DNA of 64,000 nucleotides from Eledone cirrhosa (taxonomy: Eukaryota). Positions within the stretch are counted from its first letter, which is position 1. The number at the start of each line of letters is the position of its first letter. Positions 25,258 through 39,630 of the stretch are shown in pieces. Below the pieces are notes generated by a model. It saw nothing but the letters and a program-made list of their open reading frames with translations. It searched no databases and had not been told where the DNA came from. A program made the position numbers and the translations under genes. The stretch is from the NCBI GenBank assembly GCA_964016885.1, contig OZ024758.1, forward strand, positions 4,154,001 to 4,218,000, in the 5' to 3' direction.

Positions 25258-27104
25258 CGTTTGCTTTGGTATCGCTTCAAATATATATGTGAGGAATTGT
25301 AAATGAGGTGATTTATTTTGAAGATACTTCTGTAAATTAATATGATGCAGGCAATAAAACACCAAAGACTACAACATTAACACACATCTTTCTCAGTTCG
25401 AAATCCACATGGTGCAACATGATAATAGAGAATTTATGTATATGTAAATTATCGTACACTTTGCTTTTTTAAACTATAGAATATTTGAATCTCCACTAAA
25501 TTTCAAAATTACGAACAATCATTGAATATAATTAGTGCACAGCACTGATAAACGTTACACTATTTCCATCCTACGTGGAGCAGAAATGCTATTCAAATTA
25601 CCCACGGCCGAATAAGCGCAATAACAATTTAACGACACAACCAAGAAACTTGTAAGAAGTCTGATAGCCAATAAATAAGCTAAATTATTCTGAAGTCACA
25701 CCCTACATTCATTCATACTTTAGTGGTCGATAAATAAGTACTAGTGCAATACTGGTGTCGATTCTCACTCCATAAATCTTTCTTACTTCCTTTAGCTCAA
25801 CCTCTTTCACTGCACTAGAAAACATTGGTTATGAGCAGACCTTAAGAAGCATAATCTACACCAGGTTTACATTCCCAAGCCATGCCGTATATCACATCGG
25901 TACACCTAGTATGACAGGCGTTACCCGTTACCAATGCAATATATCTAATAAAATATATAAATACACAAGTGATAATCTACTTTCTCAGATTAACATTAAT
26001 ACTGTACCAAATGCAAATCAGTCTAATAGGTTCCATGTGAACTTTAAAAGAATTCTCAAGCTTTTCTCAATCTTACCGTCTCTGAATATATCTCATTTAT
26101 CAGAGAATATTTTCTTAAAGTTCTCGCATCATCTTTCTATTATAATTCTTTCTCTTATACAAACTGTTATTACCATATATTATTGCCTGCTTTACATCCG
26201 ATTATGTTATGTATACTAAATTAAAATGTCAGTTATTATAACCAGTTTGTGTCTAAACCGATTGTTATTCTAAAACTTCAGAAGTTAGAAGTTGCATTAG
26301 AAACTATATTCTCTTTATTGCTCATGTCCCAATATTTTATGTTTAAATGAATAAACGAAAGAAATAAATAAAAATGCTAACAATTGCAATTGCCTTTACA
26401 TTATATGTCTGAAATTTGTAGGATATGGTTTGGATATAATGATAAAGTATTTCAAGTTACATTTATATATTGCATGGTGTTGCTTGGATTATAAGAAAAC
26501 CGTTTCTAAAGGTATTTGGAGCCAGAAAAATTGGGTAAGTCATTTTATAATATTTTGGTTTGTTTGATTTCCGTGTCATTGTATCTTTGGTGGAGTCTTG
26601 ACCAGAGAATCAAGACACGTATACATTAAATGGATAGAAACGTATTGAGTGGTGGATGTCAGCAGAATGTTTGGAATCCCCTGGATTGTTTTACTACACT
26701 GTTACACGCCATGGACTTGTCTCTTAATGTGCCGGTTCGAAGCCTACTGATTTCACCAGATTGATATTTTTTTCCGTAAAGAACGTTTCATTCCTCACAC
26801 TGACGCAGTTTTTCCAAATAAAGCTTCGAGCGGGATGGATGTACTGGAACAGCTGCGGCGTCCGGCGTAGTGGTACGGGAATCTCACATACAGAAAGAAC
26901 AGAAGCAATCTTTGCTTGACCGGGTACATGATCGGAACAGATTCCAATAAAGGAATATTTAATTTGACCAACGAACGTTGCGTTTGTCGCGTATAGACCT
27001 GGTCGGGATAACACACAACAGCATTTTCCTTACAAGCCTCTTGATGATAAATGCCAAAGTCATTGCTTCTATATTAACCGATATCGTAAACTATATATTG
27101 AGCA

Positions 27105-27245
27105 TAGAAGGGGTTATGGCGTCACACACTAGAAATGAGTGAGGAAGGAAGGGGTGATGACGTCACGCACTAGAGATGACTGAGGATAGAAGGGGTAATG
27201 ACGTCACACACTAGAGTGACTGAGGAAGGAAGGGGTGATGTCAAA
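27105..27245. repeat. 41-bp CRE-containing minisatellite array (about 3.5 units)
   Basis: TGACGTCA at 27158 and 27199, with the same unit as 20957-21308. Confidence 0.9.
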
Positions 27246-28519
27246 CTACAGAAAACAGCGTCTAATATCCACTACAGTATTACTATACTTCCATTTACTG
27301 AACTAGGAATCCTCTTTGTATGTTGTCATTTGCAGTAGACAACTGCAAGTATACAGTTAACTATGTGCCATATCTACTAACAAGTCGTAGACTAGACCAT
27401 CCACACCGGGGGGGGGGGGTTCTGTCTGATGTACAACCGATTAAAGCCGTCCATATGTCAACTGATGTTATCCACTATGTGCAGCTACCTAGAGATTGAA
27501 TCAGGGACCATAGACGAAATTCTTTGTACAACCACGTGCACCCAAACATTCTGCGGACATCTGCTGCGAATCGAGCAACACCTGATCTTCCAGAATTGTG
27601 ATCTTAATACCACGTTCCGCCGCAGTTGTTTGGGCTATTCGATCAACTTTCATTTTCTGGTTAAAGCAAAAGCCTTAGTTATGGCAATGCAAACTTGAGT
27701 GGTTCTCTCACAGCTGGCACAACCCTTACAAATACATATCTAATCGTAGATGACGATAATATTATGGGGAGGTGAATAAATAATGTTTAACTTTTGAGCC
27801 AATATTTTAGATTTGAAGATCAAATTGAAATGACATAATTCTCCATTTGATGTTATATCAAAAAGAAAAAAAAGTCGAATTCAGAAAATAATATATGCTT
27901 ATCTGTTTATCTGAATAAAGAAACAATGATGGAAATCATATGATAAGTTGAAATTGAGCTCTACAAACATAATTTGGAACAAAAGCAATGGATTTGAAAT
28001 ATTCAACTTCGAAATATTTTAATTAGAAAAGAAAATTATTCCATTTTTATTTTGCATATACAGACAGACGTAAGTAAACAAACCGGTAATACTAAAGTGT
28101 CTACGTTGAATTTATTACATTATTTGTATTGATTTCAAAACAAGTTCTTTTTTCCTCAGGTATTTTAGAAAATTAAGAAGATAGTATTTTTTTTTAAGTC
28201 TACATATCTATAGGTGATATTGCATTTATTTATATATTCCCATATTGAAATATCATAGAAAACAAACGACTGAATACGACAAAGAAAACCAAAGATTGTA
28301 AGCTCCTTGAAAATTGATGAAAAATGGACATTTTTCAAGTTGGGGACGAGGTATTTCTTAGGGAAATGTTTAAGGGAGATAGAAGAAAAACATTGAAGAA
28401 AAGAGACATATTAATTTCATCGATTTTGATTTATATTGTAGATTCCAAATACACACATAAAAATATACATACAGAAAATATAGTATATATGTGTATATAT
28501 ATATATATATAGATATGTT

Positions 28520-28690
28520 TTCCCGGTTTCAATCAGGGGTAACAGAGTATACATTTTTAATATAGAAATGGCTTCTACAGGACAAGAACCGTTTCATTCG
28601 GGAGAAATCATGTGTGAAAATCTATATTAAAAAAGGGGTCGGGACCAGATGGCTGAGGTTTTGCGGTTTCAACAGCTTGTTCCACAATCT
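28520..28690 (-). mobile_element. Family C fragment followed by a family B remnant
   Basis: 28520-28612 matches 43487-43610 (AGAAATGGCTTCTACAGGAC). 28628-28690 resembles the family B arm. Confidence 0.65.
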
Positions 28691-30156
28691 ACGATTCTAA
28701 GTCTCGAGTACTCTGTTAAGTAACGGGGTAACAAGTTTCAAACTGAATACATCGTGATTATATATATAGGAATTAATTGATTTTCGGTGATGTAGAATAA
28801 TTATGCCAGATTTAATTTGTTTAAAATCTTGATAATCCATCAAAAACTGCGATGAAATTGTGTATTTTAATATAATGCTTATTCCTACAATCACTTTCCA
28901 TCGAATATATTTCAATAAATCAGTATTTGTAAATTTGAAAATAATTTTTTTAACGAAAATTATAAGTTGTAGACTTGAATCTAAGTAAAACAGCATAAAT
29001 TAAGCTGTGTAATTTGGTGATCTTTAGAAAAAATATCGGAAAGACCCCCTTTCCTAATCGAGACGAATGCCTTGCCCGTATCAATTGCTCTACCATTTCC
29101 AGCTGAGGAGATGGAAATGGTAGAGAGATTTATACTTGGTTCACATAAGTCGAAATCAATGTAATATTTTATTTTCTGTGTCTTTACCTATGAATAATCA
29201 TTAATACACATGATAACAATAGTAAGATATTTCATAGTGGTAAGTTGGCAATGTTTTACCACATTAAAAATATTGCTAACGTAATTACACCAATATACCC
29301 TCATATATATATAAATATATATTTATATATGTGTGTGTTCGTGTGTGTTAGTGTTAGTGTCGGCTTATCTCACTGTCTCTCTTTGTGTGTGTATATATGA
29401 GTGTCTGCGTGTCCATGTGCATATGTGTGTTTATGTGAATGTATATATGTATGCGTGTGTGTTTGTGTGTAGATATGTGTTTATGTGAGTGTATATGTGT
29501 ATGACAGTGTGTTCATGTGTGTATGTGTGTTTACATGAGTGTATGTTCATGTATATATGTGTGTTTACGTGAGTCTTCATGTGTATATGTGGGTTTACGT
29601 GTGTATATGTATAGGACTGTGTGTTCATGTGTATATGTATGGTTACATGAATGTATATATGTATGGCTGTGTCTATTCCCTGTATGAATTGATACTGCAA
29701 CACTTCCAAACGTCCAATTTGCTCAATACACAAAACACGACTGAAACCACATTATTTCTTTATGAAGACGTTTATTTGTCTTTTTACACCAGTTTTCTTT
29801 ATACACCATGTTGATGAGACAGTTAGTTGGCAATACACTTGATTAATGCTCCCATAATTCAAAATAAAATAGCTTTTTCTTCCTTAGTCTTCTATATAGT
29901 TCTAACGGATGGTATTTATTGGTTAACTGTAGCGAGAATTAAGAAAATGTTACGAAGACAGATCAAACAAATACCGTGATTAATTATTAACAGCGGTTTC
30001 TCAAATGGGTTCTAGATCATTCCAGTCTCACTGCTTAGTTCTGCTATGCAAGCGGATTACATTGTTTTCTGCATGCACTATTATTACAAATGATGTTTTG
30101 TTTGTATTTTTACGAATAGCTAAATAAATGCCCATGTACACACATTATATATCTAT

Positions 30157-30321
30157 TGGTAGATGGTCTGACGCCATGCTTTTCAGCAAAGAGTTACGGC
30201 CCTTTATGGTCAAATCCCGCTGAGGTTATCTTTGCCTTTCATCCTTTCGGAGTCGGCCGATAAAACAAAGAACCAGTAATGTACTGGGATAATTGCTGGC
30301 CTTATGCCAAAAGTAGAAACA

Positions 30322-30324
<3 letters not shown>
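30157..30324 (+). mobile_element. SINE family A copy
   Basis: Head, core and tail are colinear with the other copies. Confidence 0.85.
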
Positions 30325-30355
<31 letters not shown>

Positions 30356-30356
<1 letters not shown>

Positions 30357-30527
30357 CAAAGAAGGTGTAGTAAGATACCAGGTGGATCATAACGCACCAG
30401 AATACTCGATACGTAGGGTAAAGGAGTGTGTAATAGGGAAGAGAGTCAGGACCCCGATGGCTGAGCTCCGGCCGTTTCGATACCTAGATCCGAACTGAGT
30501 TCGTATCTAACTGTCCTGACACTCTTC
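30356..30527 (-). mobile_element. TA-embedded family B copy
   Basis: Same tail and a partly deleted hairpin, flanked by (TA)n/(CA)n. Confidence 0.85.
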
Positions 30528-30552
30528 CACACACACACAGATACACACACAC

Positions 30553-30588
<36 letters not shown>

Positions 30589-30799
30589 GATTGAACCAGT
30601 TTTAAACTACCTAGAGCATTATTCAACAAAGTCCTTGATAAATAGGATAGTAGAGTTTGACTATATTTGAAAGATTCGTGACCTTTTAACAGCTCTGGAA
30701 TTAAGTGTTCAAACGGCAAGAGCTCTGACCACCTACGAATCGAATACTCAAATTGATGTATCAAAAGTAACGCAAAATTAGCTAGCTATATATATATAT

Positions 30800-30965
30800 A
30801 ACCAAAAGGGTGTGGTAAGATACCAGGTGGACCATAACGCACCGGAGTACTCGATATTTACGGTAGTAGAGTGGGTAATAGGACAAGAATCAGAACCGAT
30901 GGGTGAGATTGGATCTAGCTGTCGAGACGAGCAGAATTCAGCCGTCAGAGTCCTGCCTCTTTCCA
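30800..30965 (-). mobile_element. TA-embedded family B copy
   Basis: Same tail, hairpin with a different internal deletion, (TA)n on both sides. Confidence 0.85.
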
Positions 30966-31004
<39 letters not shown>

Positions 31005-31280
31005 GTGGTTACACAACAGTTAGTTCACCATACTGAGAACAATTGTTTCACCTTAGCGCTATGTCCGGGTCAGTATAAAATCTTTTCCTGGGTCCTGTAT
31101 TTTCGTTGCTCTGGTAATGCGGCCGGACTGCCGACCGCTATATCTGATTTGCTAAGCTGTCTGAACGTAATGTTATTACTCTGGGGTCTCACCTCATTCG
31201 AGTGCTAAAGCTACAGACCGATTATGCATATACGCTAGCTTGGCCGTATACTAAAGCTTCGTCAATGCTGTACCAAAATT

Positions 31281-31314
<34 letters not shown>

Positions 31315-31319
31315 TAGAG

Positions 31320-31497
31320 AGAAATGGCTTCTACAGGAGTAGAACTGCTTCATACGGAGGAAATCAACAGGACTTTTCTGATGATTTCCTCCAAATGAAA
31401 CAGTTCTAGTCCTGTAGAAGCCATTTCTGTATTAAATATACTGTGCTATGTATTGAGTACCTTACTTACAGTGGTTACCCCCGATTGAACCCGGGAT
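31320..31497 (+). mobile_element. TA-embedded family C: hairpin plus tail with CTGATGA...GAAAC...GTC motif
   Basis: 31320-31372 is inverted relative to 31376-31428 and is followed by a tail of about 70 nt. Homologues lie at 43487-43680 and 28520-28612. Confidence 0.8.
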
Positions 31498-32001
31498 ATA
31501 TATATGATTGGGTTGGTGCTCGTGTAAATATTTTTCAAAAAGACTTTGATAACGAGTCGAAATATTATAATTTACTGATGTGAACAGTTAAGCAGGAATG
31601 CATTTGAATATAGTTGGAATCAACAGAATCTGTACTAGATCATATTAGATTAAATATCTAATTTATTCGTTCTAGACATTAATTAGCATTTCACACGTTT
31701 ATTATTTGTAGTCGTCTGGTAAGATGAAAGCGAAAATGAATCGACGCAATTGCACACGAAGGTACCAGTGAAATTTACTGTCGCCTAAACTAGTAGAAAA
31801 AGCAGACAACACAGTAAAATGTTCCTTCCGCCTTTTATCTGCCCTGATGAGTACTACTTAACAAGATGCATTAATTAATGCCTGCTGTAGTTGTAAGTGG
31901 TTATTTATTTTATTTTGTCTTTAGATTGTAACCGTTCTTCCTCGGTATATTAAAATGTACTAGCTCTCACATAGACGCATTAGTAATCATATATATGTGT
32001 G

Positions 32002-32029
<28 letters not shown>

Positions 32030-32048
<19 letters not shown>

Positions 32049-32225
32049 ATATATATGTATGTATATATATATACATATATATGTATATATATATACATAT
32101 ATATGTATATATATATACATATATATGTATATATATATATATATATGTGTATATATATACATATATATGTGTATATATATACATATATATGTGTATATAT
32201 ATATGTAAGTATATATATATACATA

Positions 32226-32266
<41 letters not shown>

Positions 32267-32343
32267 ATATATATATGTATGTATATATATATACATATAT
32301 ATGTATATATATATATATATATATATGTGTATATATATACATA

Positions 32344-32388
<45 letters not shown>

Positions 32389-32401
32389 ATATATATACAT
32401 A

Positions 32402-32443
<42 letters not shown>

Positions 32444-32481
32444 CATATATATGTATATATATATGTGTATATATATACATA

Positions 32482-32520
<39 letters not shown>

Positions 32521-32739
32521 ATATATATACATATATATGTGTATATATATGTATGCATATATATATACATATATATGTGTATATATATGTATGCATATAT
32601 ATATACATATATGTGTGTATATATATGTATGCATATATATATATACATATATGTGTGTATATATATGTATGTATATATATATATATATGTGTGTGTATAT
32701 ATATGTGTGTATATATATATATATATATGTGTGTGTATA

Positions 32740-32792
<53 letters not shown>

Positions 32793-32794
32793 AG

Positions 32795-32837
<43 letters not shown>

Positions 32838-32965
32838 TATATAAATATATATGTATCTATATGTTTATATATATATATAAATATGGGTCTATATATTTAT
32901 ATAAATATATATAAATATATATAAATATATGTGTATATATATTTTTATGCATATATATATATATG
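32030..32965. repeat. Long degenerate (TA)n array
   Basis: Directly visible. Confidence 0.95.
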
Positions 32966-34839
32966 TGTATTTATTTTTGTCTTGCATAAACATTGTAAGA
33001 TAGCTTCATCATTCTAGACATTGGGAATCAATATGTTAATATTTATGATCATATGTCAATGAAAGACAGTGTAGTACTAATGTAATACGGAGAAGTCAAT
33101 ATTTACCAAACAGAAATCCCGTGGGATTATATATCTAACATCATAGTCCATTGTAATCGACATTTTAACGCCAGTAGTGAAGTTATATATATTCAACTTT
33201 GTAAATTCCTCTTGCTAACTTACGCTAAGCTATATCTACTCATTTTAAATTAGTCAAACCTGGTCTCATTTGCGATATTTCATTGACTATATTCCTAATG
33301 ACTTGGATAGGTTAGCTGAGGTATGTGTCTTAAATTATTATTAGTAATTACAAAGAGATATTTGCTGTTCTTGCTCATGAAACATTTGTAAATTTGTTAC
33401 TTCTATTCTGATTTAGATATGATTTTTTATCATTCTACAGTAAACTATAGAAAATATTATGTTGATGTATGCAATCGTAGCTGGTAGTTTATTATTCAAC
33501 CTTACAATTTCAGACAATAATAAAAGCCTCAATAGAGGCGCATGAATCCAGTAACATATACATCATTTTCACTCAGAAATTACGTCCGAAATTGAAGAAA
33601 TTTTATTCTCACTTATCTCATTTTTTTCATTGCTCTTATTAAATCCTTAATTTAGAGAATTATACGATATTTTTCTCTCTACCTTAATAAAGACAAGCTA
33701 TAGATACTTTTGTGTTTTGTTGATGTATCAAAACACAAAACTATCAAGCATTTATAACAAATTTACAACGATATTGTAGTAAGGAGACAAAAGCCGTCGC
33801 TCCTTTAGCTAAAAACTGTATGAGCATGATATTTGTTAAACTCAATTAAGAGAAACCTGATTATCTTGTGTATGTGTTTATTTAAGAATATTTATCTGCT
33901 CTAATAGCAAGAACAAATAACACAATCTAATTAACCAAAACCGTCCTAATTTACTAACTGATACATAATTGAAACATTAGATTATACGGCACAACAACTG
34001 GAAAATGAGGCTGCAATTGTTTTGAGCTGCCCCTTCATCGGGAAAATATATGTTTACTGTTGTTGTGAATAGCGAGGTCCTGTTATATCCCCACGCATTT
34101 TGTGCACCTTTCAGTTCCTCCTTGCTCTGACCGTTACCACATACCTACACAACCATTTTTTACACTTCATCCTTCCCTCCTGTTCCCCCTGTCTTACCCT
34201 GAAAACAAAAATGTTGACAATTCTTTTTATGTCTCGAGTTAAATGATTCCTTAAACAAATATTTGAAAGTTATTTTAGTTGATATATCAAAAATATTTCG
34301 GGAAACTACAAAATTGAATACAAGACCCTTGGATATAAAATCTCGCTTGATGTATATTACAAAACATTAAATTCAATGTAGTTATGGGTAGACACGGTGT
34401 AACTGCTCTTAAATTATCTATACATTTGTGGTTCATGTTTTTCTAAATCCACATATAACAATGGAGTTTACAGCGTATGGAAACATTAGAAAGGCAATCA
34501 TAGTGCCTCTGATCATCCGCATACTATAGACCATTGTATATTTACATAATTTCGCTATTATTTCCATTTTCACTCTGAAATGAAGACGAGCTGGGGTTGA
34601 CTCAGGTTTTCATATTTCTAGTTTCAATAAAACATATTTCAGTAATGTAATTGCATTTATGTAACCTTCTGGAAAATGGGTGTTGTTTAGCTAATATGAT
34701 GAAATATTGTATCGAATACATAGGGAAATCAACTAGGAAACATGAAACGAGTCATCAATGAGGATTCTATAACGAGGATCAACCTGTTAGTATGTCAGTG
34801 ACAGTACTCATTAAATCATATTATATTATATTATATTAT

Positions 34840-35010
34840 ATCGGTAGAGGGTTGGATGCCATGCTCTCTAGCATAGTTACGTCCCTTTACAGTCTGAGTT
34901 CAAATCCCGCCGAGGTTAACTTTACCTTTCATCCTTACGGGGTCGATAAAATAAAGTACCAGTAATGTACCGGGTAATTGCTGGCCTTGTGCCAAAAGTA
35001 GAAACAATTA
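34840..35010 (+). mobile_element. SINE family A copy inserted in (ATATT)n
   Basis: Near-consensus body with (ATATT)n on both sides. Confidence 0.9.
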
Positions 35011-35169
35011 TATTATATTATATAGGAAAAACACACACGAGAAAGATTGGGTATTTCTATACGTTCCTAAAATAAGGATATGATAACAGATGAAATTTGT
35101 TTAACTCTAATTCGAATCGCTAAGTTTAGCTTCGACTGAAATACGCCAAATTCAACGAAACTTGCCTTG

Positions 35170-35206
<37 letters not shown>

Positions 35207-35952
35207 ATTGGTAAAAGATGACAAAACACTCATTAAAACTGAAGATAGTCAGATGAGGAATATAAGTGGATTCCTTTTTATCAGCCAAAAATAAAATCTG
35301 TCTCAATCAGAATTCATAAATATTTCATTTATTCATTTCAACATGTAAATATTCATACAGCACAAATGATTTCGCAATAAATAAAGACGAAAAAATATTT
35401 TGTTAACAAAGTACAAAAATACACATATTTAAGAATATTCCAAACTGACAACTTACCCGCCATAGTCAGTTAATCCAATTGGACATACATGCACAAATTC
35501 TCAATTAACAATAAATCAGTTTTAACAAACAAACAGAAATAAATTGAAAAGAGGAGACTGGCTTTCCTACCCTCTCCTTCCTTCGTATCATAAGCTCACC
35601 TAGAATATGTTCGTGAGTAAACATGAACCTTAAGCACATTGCCCATAAATTTACTTCTGTTTGCCAACGACATGAATATATGAGATGTAACTTTATATTC
35701 TAGACGTCCGCCTCTTCATCACCACCATCACCCCCACGACAACAAAATTATCATTATAAATATCATCTACAATCATTATCATCCTATTTTTGTAGTATTC
35801 ATTATCATCATCACCGACAACAACAAAATTATCATTGTAACCATCATCATCAACAACAACAAAATTATCATAAACATCATCATCATCATCACAACCAACA
35901 AAATTATCATAATCAACAACAACAACATTATCATTATACCTGGCATCATTAA

Positions 35953-36210
35953 TGGCAGAATCGTTAGAGAGTCGGACGCCATGCTTTGCAGCATAGAGTT
36001 ACGGCCCTTTATGATCTGAGTTCAAAACCCATCGAGGTTAACTTTGCCTTTCATCCTTACGTGGTCGATAAAATAAAGTACCAGTAACGCACTGGGGTAG
36101 ATTTAACCGACATCCCCTCCCCCAAAATGTATGGCCAGATCATAAAGGGCCGTAACTCTACGCTGCAAAGCATGGTGTCCGACCCTCTACCATACTACTA
36201 ATCCACCCTC
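35953..36210 (+). mobile_element. SINE family A (long subtype) fused to an inverted copy of the SINE head
   Basis: 35971-36018 matches the reverse complement of 36136-36183 at 46/48 positions. Confidence 0.85.
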
Positions 36211-36659
36211 TTTATAAACAATGCAATATATTAAGCCAAATTGTAAATTATATCCCACGCCATTGTGTACAATCGAACATTTTGATTTACAGTCTACTTT
36301 GCATGATCACATGATTGCTACCATCGATTCGTGTTGTGATATTTGTTTCTCAGCCCAGTGATTCTAGTTTCAATTACTCAATAATGAGTGATATATCTGT
36401 TCTCCCATGTCCTCTGATGTATTGTGGAATTGGTAGACGGAAGCTGCAGGGAGATTGCCTTTCGTGTCTAATTTGTTGGAGTATCAGGACTGTTACTAAG
36501 AATCTTTAGACTAATCACTTCAAAGTTTTACATCCAAATTAAAGCCACTTGGCGCATTGTGAGACATTAAACCGTCCAAATATTTTAATTAATATTCTAA
36601 TTGTCTCCCCTTTGTTCAGCCCTTCTGTATAACGGAACGAAGAAGAGTAACAACAAACT

Positions 36660-36830
36660 TAATTACTGAAGAAGTCACAGAATGTGTGACAAAAGACATT
36701 TGACAGTCAACAATTTAACACACATTCTGTTATTAAACTAAATGGCTGGAAAATTATAATGCATTGAAATGAAACCCAACAGGCGCGTATGTTTTTTAGA
36801 AGCAACATGATCCACTCAAATATAACAATA
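36660..36830 (+). mobile_element. Family D copy (diverged)
   Basis: CTGAAGA-A-GTCACA-GAATG-TGTGAC-AAAAG and a downstream GCGTATGTTTT..GCAACATGA similar to 22249-22440. Confidence 0.55.
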
Positions 36831-38027
36831 CATGTTTCAATACATGTTTGGAGATAAAACAAATCTTGCAAAGCAAAACACAAAAATTGTGTTTCACTCG
36901 CACACTCGCATCATCATCAGATGTACACGCACATATGCACACAAATTATATATATATATATCGTATCAGCATACGAATATATATACATTAATATATATAT
37001 CGTATCAGCATACACATATATATACATTAATATATATATATATATATATCGTATCAGCATACGCATATATATACATGAATGAATATATATATATATATAT
37101 ATATGTATGTATATGGTATCAGCATACGCATATATATATACATGAATATATATATATGTGTATGTGTACATATATGTGTTTGCATTCATGTGCATGAGTG
37201 AGTGTGTGTTTGTGTGTATGTATTCATGTATGTGTGTGTGTGTGTCACCCTCGTTTACACAACATTTCCTGTTTAATGATTATCTGTAGATGTACTTTTT
37301 TTAAATTCCTTGTTTGTTTTCGTCACATTTTTTTTTTTCACTTTTAATGCAGACCCAATTGAAATCTTTGAAATATAGGGGAGCATTATTAACAATTACA
37401 GTAACAGGAAAATATTCAAAAATCAACAAAACGACTATACTAAAACTACAAGAGAATAAGCAACAACAATAACAGTCCAAACAACAACACTGACAGCGAC
37501 AACCTCTCATTGAGAGAACAGCCGCCATTGCAGTCATAGTAACATTAAAAGCAACAAATGAGTCATCAGCAATGACGGAAATACCAGCAAAAAAATATAT
37601 ATATATAATAATAATAATAATAATAGTAAGCAAACATAATACTAGCAACAAACTTTGAAGAACAAGAAGAACAACAACAACAAATAAAAAAATTATATAA
37701 AACATGTAAAACAATACAAACAACATTAGAAACTTCAAAAAAATATAAGAATAAGAATAAATAAGATAGATTTAGAAAAGTTCGACTACATCAACAGTAC
37801 TAGCAAATAATAACTACAAGACTAAAAAACAAAATGAAGTGAAGCCAATCAGTGGATGTAACCAGGGATAAAAAGATAGAATAAACTGGAAAATTGATGG
37901 CAGCGACAACCACAACGACTGCACCAACAGCATTAGTATGACAATAAGGTGGAAAAAAGAGAATTAATAACGGTTACAGATTGAACAAATGCACAAAACA
38001 TACAAGTAAATAGATTGATGTTATATG

Positions 38028-38096
38028 GGTGATGGTGGTGGGGGTGAGGATGTTGGCGGAGGTGGTGGTGGTGGTGGTGAGGATCATGGTGGTGGC

Positions 38097-38130
<34 letters not shown>

Positions 38131-38460
38131 GTGAGGATGATGTTGATTGTGATGATGAGAATAATGAGAATGGTGGTGGTGAGTATGGTGACTGACATGA
38201 TGGTGATAGTGTCGTTGGTGTTGGTGATGATGGTGAATAAGATGATGATGGGGAGTGAGGTGATGATGATGGTGAGGATGGTGAGTGGGGTGATGATGTT
38301 GGTGAGGATGGTGAAGGAGATGATGTTGGTGAGGATGATGAAGGAGATGATGGGGATGAGGATGATGGTGCTGAAATTAGTGAATGACATGGTGATGATG
38401 ATGATGATGTTGAGGATGGTGGTGGTGAAGATGGTGGATGAAATGCTGATGATGAAGTTG
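38028..38460. repeat. Cryptic (GAT/GGT)n trinucleotide low-complexity tract
   Basis: Directly visible. It gives rise to the M/V-rich and S/P-rich spurious ORFs. Confidence 0.9.
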
Positions 38461-38779
38461 AATTCTTTCGATACCACAAGGGTGACGGATGAGAGTAGAT
38501 AAATAATGAGGATTTCGTTTTAATAATAATAATAACAATAACAATGATAATAATAATATAATAATGAAAGAGACAAATGTAATCCATTCACTATTAAAAC
38601 CTGGACTTTAAAGTGGGTGTCATACTGAGAATTCGCTAAAAGCCAGCTGGAAATGTGCAAACACACACACAGACACACATACACAAATGCATAGACACAC
38701 TCAAATATATTTACATATTTCTGTTTACCTTTTACATTGTATGTATGCATGTATGCATGTATGCATGTATGCATGTAAG

Positions 38780-39377
38780 TCAGGTCACCAGTTGGTGCTA
38801 CTGGTAACATGTATCCCAGTACAACCTGTCTCATGGTCGGGTCGTTGGCGACTAAACTGACAACCCCACCAAGGTTTCTTGGTGAGGAGGGTGACTTTGG
38901 ACATCCTGCAGGGCTAAAAACAAAACCTGTCAAAGGAGCTCTTAAGAGTCAATGGCCATCCCAAATCCCCGGGAGAGATGACCCCTTAGCCTTTGTCAAG
39001 GCAGAATTCTAGGAGAAGGAAAACTCTGATATAACACCTGCAACCCTGATGGTATCCAATGATGTTGACATGTTCTCCTTTTTGGTAAATATCATTTTGG
39101 TTAAGAGAGTGGGACTGGCTTTGTGCAGTGCCTTTGCTCACTATAAAAGCTTCACGGCACAGGCATTGCTTTATATCTGGAGATCTCTCTGCACTTGTTG
39201 TCACATGGTACCATAGGCCCAGCACTATGTGTCAATAATTGTCACAAGTGTAGTGTTTGTACCAGAGTTTTCAAGTCGCTGGCTTGACTAAAAAGTCACT
39301 CGTTCAGCGCATCGGTAGGGGTTCTCCTACATGGATATATAGTGGTGGTCGTACTCGAAAACGAGTTGGCAGCCACC
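38780..39377 (+). mobile_element. Non-autonomous bipartite RTE-derived element in (TATG)n, second copy
   Basis: Same ends as 13801-14346. It retains 38839-38897, which is deleted in the first copy. The zinc-finger frame is shifted by a 2-bp deletion. Confidence 0.8.
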
Positions 39378-39587
39378 ATGTATGTATATATGTAAGTATG
39401 TATGTTCGCGCGCCTACGCAGATCAGTAGGGATTCAGTTAGAAACTGGTCAGAACATTACTCACCAGAGGCTGGAACTAACTGTTGAAACAGCAAAAGCT
39501 CAACCGTCGGGGTCCTGACTCATTCATATATGTGTACATCGATATATGAGTTTGTCTTTGCATGTTTATATTTATGGGTGGGTGGGT

Positions 39588-39630
<43 letters not shown>

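Noticed and set aside
37974-38587. Mucin-like or Met-rich ORFs
   Set aside because: They come from a trinucleotide low-complexity tract that is open in several frames on both strands, with no splice or domain evidence.
38780-38900. HDV-like ribozyme at the RTE derivative 5' end
   Set aside because: Partial pairings exist (GGTCACC/GGTGACT, GTCG-TTGG-CGAC-TAA), but I could not assemble P3/L3/P1.1 in the required order.
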